Assembly: GCA_051362555.1 (NCBI GenBank) | Contig: CM120641.1 | Coordinates: 44,336,401 to 44,400,400 of the forward strand | Direction: 5' to 3' | Length of the DNA: 64,000 nucleotides | DNA from: Lingula anatina | Taxonomy: Eukaryota > Animalia > Brachiopoda | In this document: piece after piece, positions 42,204 to 55,842 of the stretch | How the letters are laid out: the number at the start of each line of letters is the position of its first letter | How positions within the stretch are numbered: position 1 is the stretch's first letter | Position numbers and translations under genes: made by a program | Notes under the pieces: generated by a model | What the model saw: the letters and a program-made list of their open reading frames with translations, nothing else | What the model was told of the DNA's origin: nothing | Database searches by the model: none

Positions 42204-45200
42204 GCAGTTGAATGTAGCCTTACCCAGGATAAAATAGGAAAAATTTAAGATTTTTTTCTAGTAAGTATTCTAAATTTACAAGTATAATTTTAGCACTATT
42301 TGTTGAACGTCCACTTTGATGGTCCTGCATATATTGATGCATTGGAATATGTTTTCATTTAAGACCTGACGAAGTAAAGGATTGGGTTGACTCCAAGACA
42401 TCAAGTAAGGCTAAAGAGGTGGAGGGAGAACAACCACAGGTGGTCGAACAGCCTGAGGGAGAGGAGGAGGAGGGAGATAAGAAGAAAAAGAAAAAGAAAG
42501 TTGGATTTAGAGACCGAAAAGTGATTATCATCTTTGACAATTTGTCCTCTGTGTGAATGTTTGTATTTCATGTATTCACTAAGGAGAAAAATATATTGAG
42601 ATGAAATCTGAAATACTTATGATCTGTTGGATTTGTCTTTTTTTTTTTTTTTTCGTGTTTAACCACCCACCCACCCATCTCTTTTCTCCTCTTATACTCT
42701 GTACATGATGAAAACTAAATTTGATCATATTGATTCAGTGCACCCCTTAGATCACTTCACAATTCACAATTAAAACATACCCTTATTTTATTTCATTCCA
42801 ATGATTTATTTATCTTTCAGATCATTGCCTATGAGGACCGCATACGAGCCTATTCTACCCCAGATAAGATATTCCGCTACTTTGCCACCTTGCAGGAGCA
42901 GGATTCAGGGGAAATCTATATGACTCCTGAAGATTTTGTGAGATCTCTTACTCCAGGAATGAAACAGCCAGAAGGTAAAAAATATGGGGTGGATAAATAA
43001 TGCACCAAATTCTCATGTTTTGTTTCTTCAAAACAATCCATTATAGCTCAACAAAATGAATAGGATTAGAATACCTTATTGATATGATATTCTTAAACTA
43101 TTAATAAAATTAATAAATGATATTTGTTTGTCCTATATGTAAAACAGGAAGAAATTATTTCTTTAATTGGACATATTGTGGGATTTTCCAATATTAATAC
43201 TTGTAAAACATGAGTCTTTGGTTTTAAGATGAGTTATGAATACTGGTTGGGATAAAGGTGTATAACTATGAGTGAATGTTTGGATTTTATTTTACAGGGC
43301 TTGGGCTTGATCAGTTTAAAAAGTTTGATATTAAGGTAAGTTGGCTGTTAAAAGCTTTGAAATTGCTGCAATATGTATGGTGACTAGGATGATTAAAGAC
43401 CTACATGTGTATCGGTAAATTCAAGAACTTGTGCTCATAAACCATTTAATAATGTTTGTTTTTTTGTGTCACGGGAGTACTTGTTCAAGTTTGAATGATA
43501 GATAATTAAAGCAGGTATTATGATTGTAGCAGCGTATATTTTATTTCATAATGGAGATTGAGAACAAAATTAAAATCTTTATTTAAAGGAATATGAACAC
43601 CTTTATTTGGTGAGTGAATTGAATTGTTTTCGTTTCCATGTTTTCTTCCTTGAAATGTTCTTCAGGAGCACCTTTTTATATATTTCACTGTTTATTTATT
43701 TTTTGGGAAAATATTTTTAAAACAAAACTTCAGACCTGTGAATGAAGGTTCCCTCCCCACCTTGATAACAGAGGTTGTTTTTTGACTATTTCAATAATGA
43801 AATAAGTATGATAAGGGAATTTGAACTGAAACCCAATACCAGAGCTAGGTTTGAATACTCCCAAGAATCCTGATATAAGGCATGTCTGTTTTGAAAAGGT
43901 ATAATAACTTTCTGCTATGGTTGATATCTTTTTGTGCAATATAGTCTCCCATTTCTACCCTACCGTCCTACGTCATGGTTATGTAAATACTTGAAAAATC
44001 CACAGTAACTTTGCACCTGTACTTTAAACCTGTATTCCATGTGTTTCATTTTACATTCCTGGTTGTGATTTTAATTGTTATAACTCCTGAAACTTGTTGT
44101 AAGTTCACTGTTGCTATTTTAGTAAATAGTTAACACATTCTCATTAAATTTATTTTGTATTTTCTTTTCATCTCATTGATTTACAGTTCATTTTTATGTC
44201 ATTGAATAACAGTTAATTTAAAGCTTATTTTGTAAAGGTGTACCTGACCCTTTTGGCTTACAGTTTAACTGGTTAACATTACAAGTAGACTTAAACAAAG
44301 TAAATTCCTTTGTGTGTGTGCTTACGTGGGTGCGTGCTTACATGTGCTTACTAGTTTTCTTACTGTCCAAGTGAGACATGACAGTTTTCCCAGTATTTCC
44401 GCCCTCCTCTTGCAGCAGGCGTACAACATGACAAAAGCAGAGTTTGTTAAATGAAAGAGCTGGAATGTAAATTATCTGGGTTCAGACTGCATGTCTCAGT
44501 TTTTGACAGATGAAGTTGTCACTCAGTTGACAGGAACTGAGTGACTGTTCAGGAGGGAAGCTCTCAAATAAGATATATTTTTGTTTTTGTTTGTTTCAGA
44601 AGGACAGTGTTGCGCGTAATGTATCGCAAGACAGTGTGTTTAATGCACTTGGGGAACATGCCCTTGTAGCATTTAACGATTATATTTTTCTCCTAACTTT
44701 ATTGTCCGGTAAGCTTGTTTGAAGGTCACCCTCATTTTTTGTGCTTTGTATAATACAATCCATATCTTTTATTCTTTCAACATTAAAATGAAATAAAGAA
44801 ATGAAAATTGTGTAGTACATGCATTGAAATTGGTGAAAAATGTCACTAGACATTGTAAAGTTAGTTTCCTGTGTTAGAGCCATAGAATGGTAGACATTGC
44901 TTTGTACTCATAGCCTATTGATGTTTCTCAGTTTCTCATTAAATAGTAATTGGAAATTTTAGCAATTGTATTAGCAAAATTTCTCATTAAATATATCTCA
45001 TCTATGGAAATTTGGGTTGGAAATGTAGTCTCAGTAACCAATTAACTAGAACTCTGTAAAAGTAACTGTTGTGTATCACTTAAATAACTCAACCTTGCAG
45101 CTCCACAAAAGCAGTTTGAACTGGCCTTTAAAATGTTTGATCTGAACGGAGACGGAGAGTTGGATTTTGGAGAGTTTGAAAAGGTACCCATTTATTGAAT

Positions 45201-48155
45201 CCTCTTGATTTGGATAGATTATTGATATAATACTTAATTTCCAGTTTTGTGTAATGTCACCTACTTTTACGCAGTGCAGTTATCATTTGTGGCTGGGTAG
45301 TTTTTAATGTATCTAACATAAGTTCTTTAAAATTCAAATTGAAAAAATGGAAGCCTTACATGTGATTTGACACCCAAATTACATCCCCAGGTTCAGGGTG
45401 TGATCCGTGCTCAAACCAGTGTGGGTCAAAGACACCGCGATACAGGAGACAGTGTGATAAAGCACACCAACACAGCTCTGGCTTGTTATTTCTTTGGACC
45501 CAAATGTGACGGCAAACTGACCGTTGAGGAGTTCCTCAAGTTCCAGGGCAAGCTGCAAATGGAGGTCATGAGACTGGAGGTAGGTGTGGAATTCTTCTGA
45601 AGTCAGTGTTAACAGTTCTGAACAAAGGTGTATGTAGATTATTTGACATCCTGTTAAGGTTATATACACATTTTTTTTTCTTATTTTGAATCTATTTTTG
45701 CACTTACAATATTTGTCAGTCTTGGGTTACATCTTTACTCTGGTGGATCTTAGTCACCATCTCTGATGGGAACGTCAGCATTTTTGTGATGATTTATTTA
45801 AAGGAATTTTAAGGCCAGGAATACAATTTTAACAGCAAACAAAATAATTTGTATATTACATAAGAAAACACTTATGCAAGCTGTATCTATTTTATTGTCC
45901 ATTTTTGAATCAGTTGATCCACTATCTTTAATTTTATAGAATTTAATACAGAAAATTAATCTACAGTTGTGAAAATATGACATCATGATCTGATAGAGGT
46001 GTACTTATCACCATTTGGTTGATTGATTGATTTTATCACAATCTCGTCTAATCAAATATTTTTTAGTTTGAAAAATGTGAACCAGAAGATGGAAAGATAA
46101 CAGAAAGAGATTTTGCAATGAGTCTCATCATGTACGCAGGCATGTCAGATGTCAGAAGGACCAAGATGCTGAAGAGGATAAAGAAGAAATTCAAAGGAGA
46201 GGCTTCACAGGTGTGTATTACACAGTAACACTTTTGACATATTAATAAATTAATACCCATCTCTGCACCATTTTATTTATGTATTATAGTATATTATTTA
46301 TTATAATAAATCTAATTTATTAGAAAGACCAATTTAAGTCCAATTCTATAATAAGTAGAGCAAAGTTAGCCCAAATTTGGACTGAAATTGCAGTTGGGCC
46401 ATTTTCAGTAGCACTTGTATCAGCTGACTTAAGCTTGGTTCAAAATGTGGTATGTACTGAGAACATGGGATAACATAATTGTTTGCATTTACAGTGTTTC
46501 ATGGTCTGAAATGTATTGATGTAAACAATCTTTTTGGTTGCAGGGCATCACCTTTGAGGACTATGTAAAGTTCTATCACTTCTTGAAGAACATTGGAGAT
46601 GTGGATACTGCTTTGACTTTCTACCATATAGCAGGGGCCTCTATTGATCAAGGTATGGGAGTATTTTCATTAATATTTAATTAAGTTCATTGGACAACAA
46701 CAACAAGGCTAATAATTATATTTATGATAATAATATTTATATTTATTAATTCATTATAAAATAGGAGATATACAGCTTTTTTAAATATAAGCTGCTGCTT
46801 GGAGAGAAATTACTCCTTCATTCTTAGTGCATAACATATCTGATGGATTTCATTAATTTTATTTTTTAATTATCTTGTGGTTAGTTCACTGTGGGGACTA
46901 TATCTAATCTCTCCTTGTCCTCCCCCATGCCATACTTGTATGTCATTAAATGAGTTCTCTTTGGTGAGCTAAGTGTCATTTACACCAACTAATTTGGCCA
47001 GTTACACCAAAAATCTTTTAGCTTAAAATTGGTCTTAACATTCAGACTAAATTAATTTGTCTATATCAAAATAACTGTGCAGTGGTCCACTTAAATAGAA
47101 TAACTCTTGGTCTAAAACAATAGCCATGTTTTCTTGTTATAAAACAGGTATATTTTTGTAATTTCATACATTTGGCCTACTGCTGATGTAACTTGAGTCA
47201 AAGTAGACTAAAATTTTGATCTTAAAGTTTAGACCACCAACTTTCAGTCAAAAGTTCTTTTTTGAAACTGTCTCTGGATCCTTAATAATTGGATTGTTGT
47301 GAATCTATTTCAGAAACATTAAAGCATGTAGCAAAGACAGTGGCTGGAGTTGACTTAGGTGACCACATAGTAGAAACAGTCTTCACACTCTTTGATGAGA
47401 ATGGTATGTTTTGGCAGTTTGTGAATATACCTATGACAATTGATAAACTGGCTATAGCATTTGTGCCACCAGACCCTGTCATTTAGTTAATAGATTAATC
47501 ATATTTAACTGTATGTATCGTTCTAGGCAAATGTAATACAAAAGCAACAGATTTGTCCATGAATGCTTTAAAATATATGTTTGGGGAGGGGGAGTATTTA
47601 TTCAACTTTTTATATAGGATTTTTGTGCAAGAAACTTAAGGGAGATTTTTAGAGAACAAATATCACATTATGATGAAATGTATGACAGAAATTCAAGGGA
47701 GGAATAATGATGATATAGTGACCATAGACCAGTTTCACAAAACCATTTCAGATTGAAATTTTGCCAGAACTAAAGACCAACATTTTAATTCTTTAACCCA
47801 ACATAAAAATGAAATATTGCATTTCTTTCATAAAACATATGATGTGCTTACTATTTTACACTGTTAGTGACTGGTTTATTAGACTACTACAGATTTATTT
47901 CCCTGAGTTGAAGTAAAACAATAGTTTCAGTCTAAAGTTACAACCAACTTTCACTTTTAACTTATTTTATTTGTAAAACCCACTTGCATATTGTTTTCTT
48001 CAGAGGATGGTGAACTAAGCAACAAGGAGTTTGTGTCTGTGATGAAGCAGCGGATGATGAGAGGGCTGGAGAAACCAAAGGACACTGGGTTCTTCAAGCT
48101 GCTGAATGCAGTGTACAAATGTGCCAAACACCAGTCCACGCACATATTTGAGTGA
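41825..48155 (+). CDS. MICU1: Mitochondrial calcium uptake protein 1, about 510 aa (exons 41825-42132, 42364-42520, 42821-42974, 43298-43335, 44600-44708, 45101-45183, 45391-45579, 46067-46210, 46544-46652, 47314-47403, 48004-48155)
   Basis: Arg-rich targeting-like N-terminus. Polybasic [37 protein letters not shown]-hands [12 protein letters not shown] and [22 protein letters not shown] and the C-terminal Cys. Exons sum to 1533 nt, in frame. Confidence 0.97.
42151..42202. repeat. (ATT)n microsatellite in a MICU1 intron
   Basis: Seen directly. Confidence 0.95.
43589..43609 (+). other. MICU1: Candidate alternative 21-nt MICU1 micro-exon (EYEHLYL)
   Basis: tctttatttaaag|GAATATGAACACCTTTATTTG|gtgagt. 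Phase 0-0 matches the flanking exons. No stop. Confidence 0.5.
46996..47272. mobile_element. Degenerate MITE, copy 3, in a MICU1 intron
   Basis: Ends ggccagttacaccaaaa / ttttgaaactgtc. Core ccact...gaataactcttgg is similar to copies 1 and 2. Confidence 0.45.
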
Positions 48156-48612
48156 AACTGTGGTCATCAACAACATCAGTGGCTGATTAATTAAGGCTAC
48201 ATGCTCTATATCTACAATTATTGGAGTTAAGATCTCACTCCCCACAAAAAGAAAAAAAATGAACAGAATTGCTGGCAAGTTAAACTGCAAGGTGTTTTCT
48301 GCTAAGTGTTTTGTCATATCTAGCATCAGTGGCTGGAGATCTTTGACTACTATCTCTCTCTCTCTCTTTATATATATAGATATATATATATATTTATATA
48401 TACCATTTGCAGATCCCCCCTCCCCCTTCAAAAAAGGGAGGACCGACTAGTTCCACTGCTAGATATGTTTGCCATATTGAGGTAATATAAATATATCTAG
48501 TTACAATGTCAAGATTCCCAAAGTAGCTATGTTAATGGTGATGTAAGCTGCATGAATAAGTGAGTGCCTTACACAGCATGAATAAGACCAGAACAAATAG
48601 TGCAACAGAAAT

Positions 48613-48760
48613 CAGGGGCGGATTTAGGACGTCTTCTGGGTCTTCCAGAAGACGGTCAGATTTTCAAGATTACATTGACGGGTATCTAAATTTTTCTGTC
48701 GGAAGACGGTCAAAAGATAATTTGGAAGACTGTCAGAAAATAACTCTGGATCCGCCCCTG
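48613..48760. mobile_element. 148-bp MITE with CAGGGGCGGAT TIR and 5-bp TSD
   Basis: TIR caggggcggat / atccgcccctg. TSD gaaat on both sides. Internal gaagacggtca repeats. Homologous to 60922-61085. Confidence 0.9.
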
Positions 48761-50721
48761 GAAATGTTCATGGTGATCATCTGCAGGTAGCCTAGAAAGA
48801 CCTTCAAATATTTTACATTGAAGTTAGGATAATATTCTGATACAGATATTTCTTTTATCAAATTTTTGTAATTTCTAATCAATATTTTCCAAGAATCAGT
48901 TGTTATTGATCATTTGCTGCAACTTTTTATGCAGTAGTAACAGTGTTGTCATTTCTTTGCAATTGCAAAACTTCAAAGTGATGTATCTGAAGGTTTTTCT
49001 AAACTTAAAAATTTTGTGGCCAGTTTTTCATATTTTCAATGCATATTTTATTAAGAATGAAATCCAAAGGTCATGATATCTTTATTTCCTGCAGGTTTTG
49101 TAGATTTGCTATACACTGGAATTTTACTTATTTTTAGTAATTTATTTGTGAAAATTTCATGGACTACACATTTTTTTGAGTTTCAAGAGTAAAAGTTCTT
49201 GGATGAATGAGTCTTAAACTTAATTAAGTAAACCTGATGTCATATTAAATGCATGGTTTGGTAATAATAATAATAGCTTTAAAAAAAACCTACTTTATAT
49301 GTGAACAAGTTTTTTTTTTAATTTATTTTTCTTTGAAATTAAAATATTTGTGTCCCACATGTATTTTCATTTTTGACTTCATGTCATGTAGTCTTGTCAC
49401 AAGAATTGTACTCAAAATTCTCTTTGGGGTTGTTATATGTATTAATAGAGTTGTCTTTGACTTTCAGAACATTTACTATATTGTCAATTATTGTAGGGTT
49501 ACTTGTTTAAAGGTACATTTGAACCAAGTGATGATGGGGCATGTATTCCCAGTAACGCATATAAACCACTTTACTGTTTTCTTATACAACTCATGAAGTC
49601 AACTTGCCAAGGGATAAACTGAATCTCTCACTCAGCCATAAAAGAGCTTTTTAACTGCACCTACTTCAAATTTTTGGTTATAAATTTGACTACTTATCTG
49701 ACCTACTTTTCTGCCTCTTTTTTTATATAGCACAGGCAGCTAGCAGAAGAAAAATTTTAGATATCATTTTTTCAGGTAATATGAAATGATGTCTTTTGGT
49801 AATTCTCCAAGTTACACTGTCTGAAACTATATGGTGGCATTTGGTTCGCTTTTGTGGCAAAAATAGACTTCAGATGCATCTTTAAAAGAACTTCTAGGTT
49901 CTCAATCTGTCTTTAATTTGTCATACGCAAACAAAAATGGAAATCATTGTTTATTAATCATATTTTCTCATGACAGATTATCATGTGTAACTTTAATGTT
50001 GGCATTGTTAAATATTTAGAAAGCTGCTTTGGGAAGTAGTGGATCCCATGAAACAAATGCAGGTGTTAAATGTTTAGTGAATTGTTAAAATATGTTTACA
50101 GCAAAGTGGTAAATTGCATCAAGAATTCATTATTAATGACTTTGATGATCTGCAAAGTTGCCATGTGAACAGCCAGTGATATATTGGGTCACTGTAAACA
50201 CGTAGATATAAGTTAAAATATTTATTTTCCCAGTTTGTGTGGATTTAGTTTTAAGTCATACAAATTATATCAGTGCATGTTTGCAATATGAAATGCAATA
50301 CATTGTTGTTTAAAAGAGACATCCTTGCTTTATTTCATTTTTTCTTTTCACTTTTCTGCTATTTATGACCAATTCAAAAGACACCTCCATAAAATAATTA
50401 AATGAAGTCCAATATCCTGTATTTATAAGACAATATGATAAAAAGGTCCACTTTATTAAAAACCAAAAGTAAAGATACTTTCTACAGCATATCGTCTCTT
50501 TTAAAGAATTATTCTTGATAAAATATATCTGAACTATTCGTAAATGTGTGTGTGTGTGTGTGTGTGTTGGGGGGGGGGGGGGCTCTCCATTCAAAAGACA
50601 ATTCAAAATGATAAAATCCCAGGAAGCCCTTTCTCTCTCTCTTCAGCCTTCGAGGAAAACATTTCTTGTTGTAGATAGAATTAAAGTTAATCAACCTCTC
50701 TGAAATCAGCACAGTACACGT

Positions 50722-53198
50722 TCATAGTATGACATTTTTATAAAATGGCAAATTTTCATAGTAGCTAATATTGATTTTCTGTGGTCTGTACCGATGTTCC
50801 CTGGCAAGGTTAAATATGTACTCTTCCATGCAGTCAAAAGCCACATATTCATAATCCAGTTCAAATTTATTTGCAAAGAATTCTTTACGAGATATCAGAT
50901 GTCTGAGATCGGAGAGTCCATAGACACATATGCTCCTTTGCCAGTATCCCCCACAGCGCCAACTGTCCCTCTCATACCGCCATAGTTTGTAGCGGGCCAG
51001 GAAAGGGTAAATTTTAGGATTCGTCTCAGGCTCACCTAAAATTTGAAAAAAAAAAAGCAAACATAAAAATAAGTCTGTAAAGTGTATTCAGGATACATAT
51101 ACATCTAAAATCATCTTTTTACAGAAACTCAATCCGGAAACAGAATATTAAAAATGTGTTTAAATCCTAATAGTTTTAAACACCCCACAAATAAAATTTG
51201 TTTAATATACCCCTTTTTTGGGTGGGGGAGACTGTTTCAAAGGTTGTATCAGAACAGTGTGGATAATATAGAGAACCCAAGTTGGACTGAGAACAGAGAT
51301 ATTCACTACAATAAGATATAAATTCACTGATGAACCATCTAGGCCAACATTAAAAGCAAACAAGTACACCTTTTCATAGTAATTTGGAGATACAGTGAAA
51401 AGCACAGTTTACTTATAACATGTAATTCTTAAATGAAGTGCGCACATTTTTTGATAAAAATTGAATTTGATAAAAAAAAGAAAGAAAAAACTATCAATTT
51501 TTAAAAGAACTACATGTACAAAATCCTGATTACTTATATGCCTCCCAATCCAGTCTCACCTAGATAAGATCCTGGGACCTTGAGATGAGGATTGTGATTC
51601 ATTGTGGAGAAAAAAGTCTCATCCGGGTACCCAGTGTCTTTCACCCACTCCAGGAAATCGTTAGCTATTTTACTGTTAATGATGTAGTCCACATAACCTC
51701 TTGAGGCAAGAATGTGTACAGAACCTTTCACTGCTGTGATGTTATGAGGTGGAGGACTCTTCCTAACGGTTGTTCTTTCTATCCCATCATAGTGGTAATT
51801 GATTCGGGACATGTCCCGCCTTAAATTAACAACAATATTGGTTTAAGTTATGTTATTTATTGTCTTTATCTTTTGTCATGTAGTTTTTTATATTCATAGC
51901 TGTAATATTATGATAATTTATCATTAAACAAATGTTTCAACATATTTGAAATTTACATCACAAATGGAGCTGACAAAAAGCAAGAAAAAGAAACATTTAC
52001 GTGCAGCAATTGTACTGAACGAAGCTAAAGAATAAATATAAAGGCAGAGTAAATTTAAAGGAAGAAACTGTGAGTAATTTTTTAAAAATTAAAACTCTTA
52101 TATAATGTTTCCAAATATCCAAAATATCGTGAGACAAGCATAAATTTTGATTCATTTTCATTTTATCAATATTAAAATATTGATAGGGATCAGGTACCGT
52201 TCCCTTTCAAAGAAAACCAGTGAGAAATATCACACTGATCCAATGAATATGTGGGACATTAATTGGCAATCTTTCAAAGCTCACTACATAAGAAATAATA
52301 TTTACTTTCTAACTGTGGCTTCCAAATTATTTGCACCATTGAATACTTTCAGAATCTTCACCATCTCAGCATTGGTCTTCAGTGGGAACTCCTGCCCTGT
52401 GAGGTTGATAATATATTTCCATTTTGTGTACGTCAATAAATCTCTCATACACACGAGGTCTCCCTCCAAAACTGTGTACTCCCCCCAGGCCACGTCTACA
52501 CGCTTAGATGCCACAAATACATTACTGAAGCAGCTTGCAATCCCCAACAGTGCCCTGTAGAATGTGTACGAGGACTTCATGTCGACGTGAATGCAGTAGT
52601 AGTTCTGCGGCCTGTATAGCATTCTCAGCAGCCTCTCCACTTGCTCAATGTCTTTATATGTCATGATACTGAAAGCCAGGGGGAAATCCTTCTCTTCTTG
52701 TGTTGAAAGAGTAGCCATGCCATTGTAGCCCATTTCTTTTCTAAATATTTGACAGTTTTCTGTAGCTTTAATATAGAAGTATGGAGTCGCTGCTCTTTTG
52801 TGATTGGACATCATGTAGGATTTGATCTGTCCCATCAGCCCTGCATCACGATTAAAGAGTGGCTCGCAATCAATCATGGCAGTCGATGATACTGGAATGC
52901 GTAAATCGACCATCTCATGTTTAATCATGGATGTGATCACCCAGTCACAGGTCACGGACACTAGAACATGGCTATCACAGCCATGGTAGGCAAGATAGTA
53001 GACCAATACAAAGGAAAATACAGAGAAGATACAGAGGCATGCAAATAAAGCTTGGAGTTTTCTCAAGTTGGTATGACGGGCAGCTTCCAACATCTGTCTG
53101 GCTTCAGAAAAAAATTCCGATGGATGTGAAATAAGTCTACAAACTGATAAGATTGAACGTCCCAGATGGTTCCGTACCATGTAACACAAACGCCTCAT
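50722..53198 (-). CDS. GCNT: Core-2/I-branching beta-1,6-N-acetylglucosaminyltransferase (GT14, GCNT-like), up to 488 aa (exons 53198-52306, 51819-51560, 51035-50722)
   Basis: Type II TM segment. EEKDFPLAFSI, LYRPQNYYCIHVD.KS, INLTGQEFPLKTNAE, KGS, catalytic YPDETFF, CVYG..DL, FANKF. Exons sum to 1467 nt. The start Met is uncertain. Confidence 0.95.
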
Positions 53199-55358
53199 AG
53201 TCAGTGGAAGCTTGGGTTTTCATCATGACTGGAAGATATCACAAGTCTTTCAAAGTACCCATGATTAATATACTCCAAGACCTACATCATGGCTTCCTCT
53301 TGTGTGAGCAATGGACACTATAATAATTAGAAAAATCAACATTAGAAAAGTCATAAATCATGACATTAGAAAATTAAAAGGCAGGAATATTGAATATAAC
53401 TTATATTTTTTGAGTGAAAATTATCAATATTTTTTTAAATGTCAAAAAAAAAAAAAAAATCTATCCAAAATGCTGCAGCCGGCCTACACAGATAAATTTC
53501 CAATCTGGGCAGAAATATTACCTATATATTAAACTGATCCAGGCATTGCTCAGTACATTAATTATTTCTCATCAAAGGCCTAGTTAATTTATTCATTAGC
53601 TATATGGAGATCTTGTGTGCATTGATTTTTGTATGCCTTTTATATAAAACACAACTGACTCTGAGGGTAAGTCAATATAAGCTTTAAGACGTACAAAATG
53701 AAACAAAATCTTCTCTCATGAAAATAAAAAGTATACCTTCTACATCACTTTTATCTTAGTCTAAACGCTTCCCTCCGCGATGTCTTTCTCACCAGGTACA
53801 CTATAGATATCCAGGTATATTATATACTAGTATATACTTGTAACCTGGTTCTAGCATGAAAAATCATGTATTGGGAATTCACGTTTTTTACATGTTCTAC
53901 TAATATATGTGCTTAAAGTTAAAGCTGCCATTAGTGCACAGTATACAGGTAGGTACTTTAATTACCTGTGTGATAAAATACAGTGTATATACAGCGATAC
54001 AGATATATATAGCGATTTATTGTATTCGTTTAAAAACGCTCAAACCGATTTTGATAGCTTTTTATTAGGAATGGACAATGGTAGGCTAGTACTAGTTAGG
54101 TATTCTGAAGTCGATATATGTAGTTTTCACGACGACAGCCGAGCTTGCATGTGTACTTTATCTAAGTTGAACTACTCACTGACCACAGGGTGGGTGCACT
54201 GCCAGGGTCTGTTACAAAATTATTGTATCACATACTTAAAATGTGTATTCTATTTTAGCAGCCCCCAGACCGATCAGATTTAGAGGGCAATGTAACTGCG
54301 TTTCATCGAATTGAGGTTGAGACAGGTGTGTTAATGCGATCAGATGCTAGCTGATGGAGCCAACAGCATTGACATCATTTCCAAAATATGCTTAATTCAT
54401 ATAAAATTCATTTCAATCTGATAAGCTCACCTGCTTTGCAACTTGAACCGATTCGACACATCCAGTGTTCACATTTGGCACACCTGAGCCTCGATTTCAG
54501 TCTACCTGTATTTCCAGCCAAGACACGCTCAATATGTGGTCTACAAAACGTAGGCTAGCAGGCTAGCTAGGCTAGCTCCTGCACTTTTCATGTCTGTGCC
54601 GATTAATTTAGACTTTGGGTAGAATTTTAGTATTCAATATGCTAATTTATACGTAGAATTTAGTTGTTTTTTTTTTCGGAAAAACACTAAACAAATTTTA
54701 AAGCGTTAACGTGGCCTAATAAGTAAAGTCAGAAAAATATAGGCCCTATTGAACATCATACGGCTGATCATACGTGTCACATCCGCTTTATCTCTTCTAA
54801 TAAAGTTTACATTAAGAAAAAATACCCACCCCCTTCTTCTCCGACCTCTGAGGAAAATGAAATTGTTTGGGAAATAAACTTGTGTTGTTTTATTCATGAT
54901 TTCCCTTTTTTTGTGCAAAAACGCGATTTTGACATTTTCAACGGTTGAAATAAGTACAATGTCTATGGGGCTTAAATTTCAGTGTTTTTAAATTTGCTCC
55001 CTTCTTTCATATGCTTTTTAAAACTTTCAGCGTTTTTCAGAGTTAAAACCATTTTTAAATGCCGTTTTTCTTCTCCCGTTACAAGTACAAAAACTAATGC
55101 TTTGTCCAACTTCCCGCATTAATAAATCGAATCCAAATGTAGGGAAGTGTGCTTCGTGACCAAGAAAAAATTCCTTTTGTTTTTCGAGGAAAATTCGATT
55201 CGTTTAAAATATATCGGACAGGAAACCTTAAACGATGTGCTTTTGATTTATAACATAGGCCTACAACTTGACGCTAGAATTAAAACATAAAACTTGATGG
55301 TTTGAATTAAGGGATTATTTTATTCTTTATATGAAAATTGTCGAAGTTTCCAGGAAAT

Positions 55359-55361
<3 letters not shown>

Positions 55362-55433
<72 letters not shown>
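55362..55433. repeat. (TA)n microsatellite
   Basis: Seen directly. Confidence 0.95.
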
Positions 55434-55436
<3 letters not shown>

Positions 55437-55842
55437 CAGGCTGATGCACATTGAAAAAAGATTCTACCGCCCATTTTATCCCAAATTCAGACCTTCTAGT
55501 GCAGTTAAATTTGTACAAAAGTAATATATCCTTTTTATTAAATATATTTTATCACAAATGTAAATATTTATATACTCATTCCTTTAAAAAATGTATTCCT
55601 GATTATACACATATTACATACATATGAAGTATAGATAATAGATGCAATAAGTAGAAATGTATTTAATATATGGTTGTAGTATCATCCTAATGTGGTGAAC
55701 AATGTCGATGACACCCACTTATTTTGTATTTACATATAGGTCTAATAAGAAAAAAATCAAGACAGTCTAGTGAAATAAATAGTATTGATGTAAAAGATCA
55801 TTTTTATACAATAGATCTTAAAATAAATAAGAGTACAAATGC

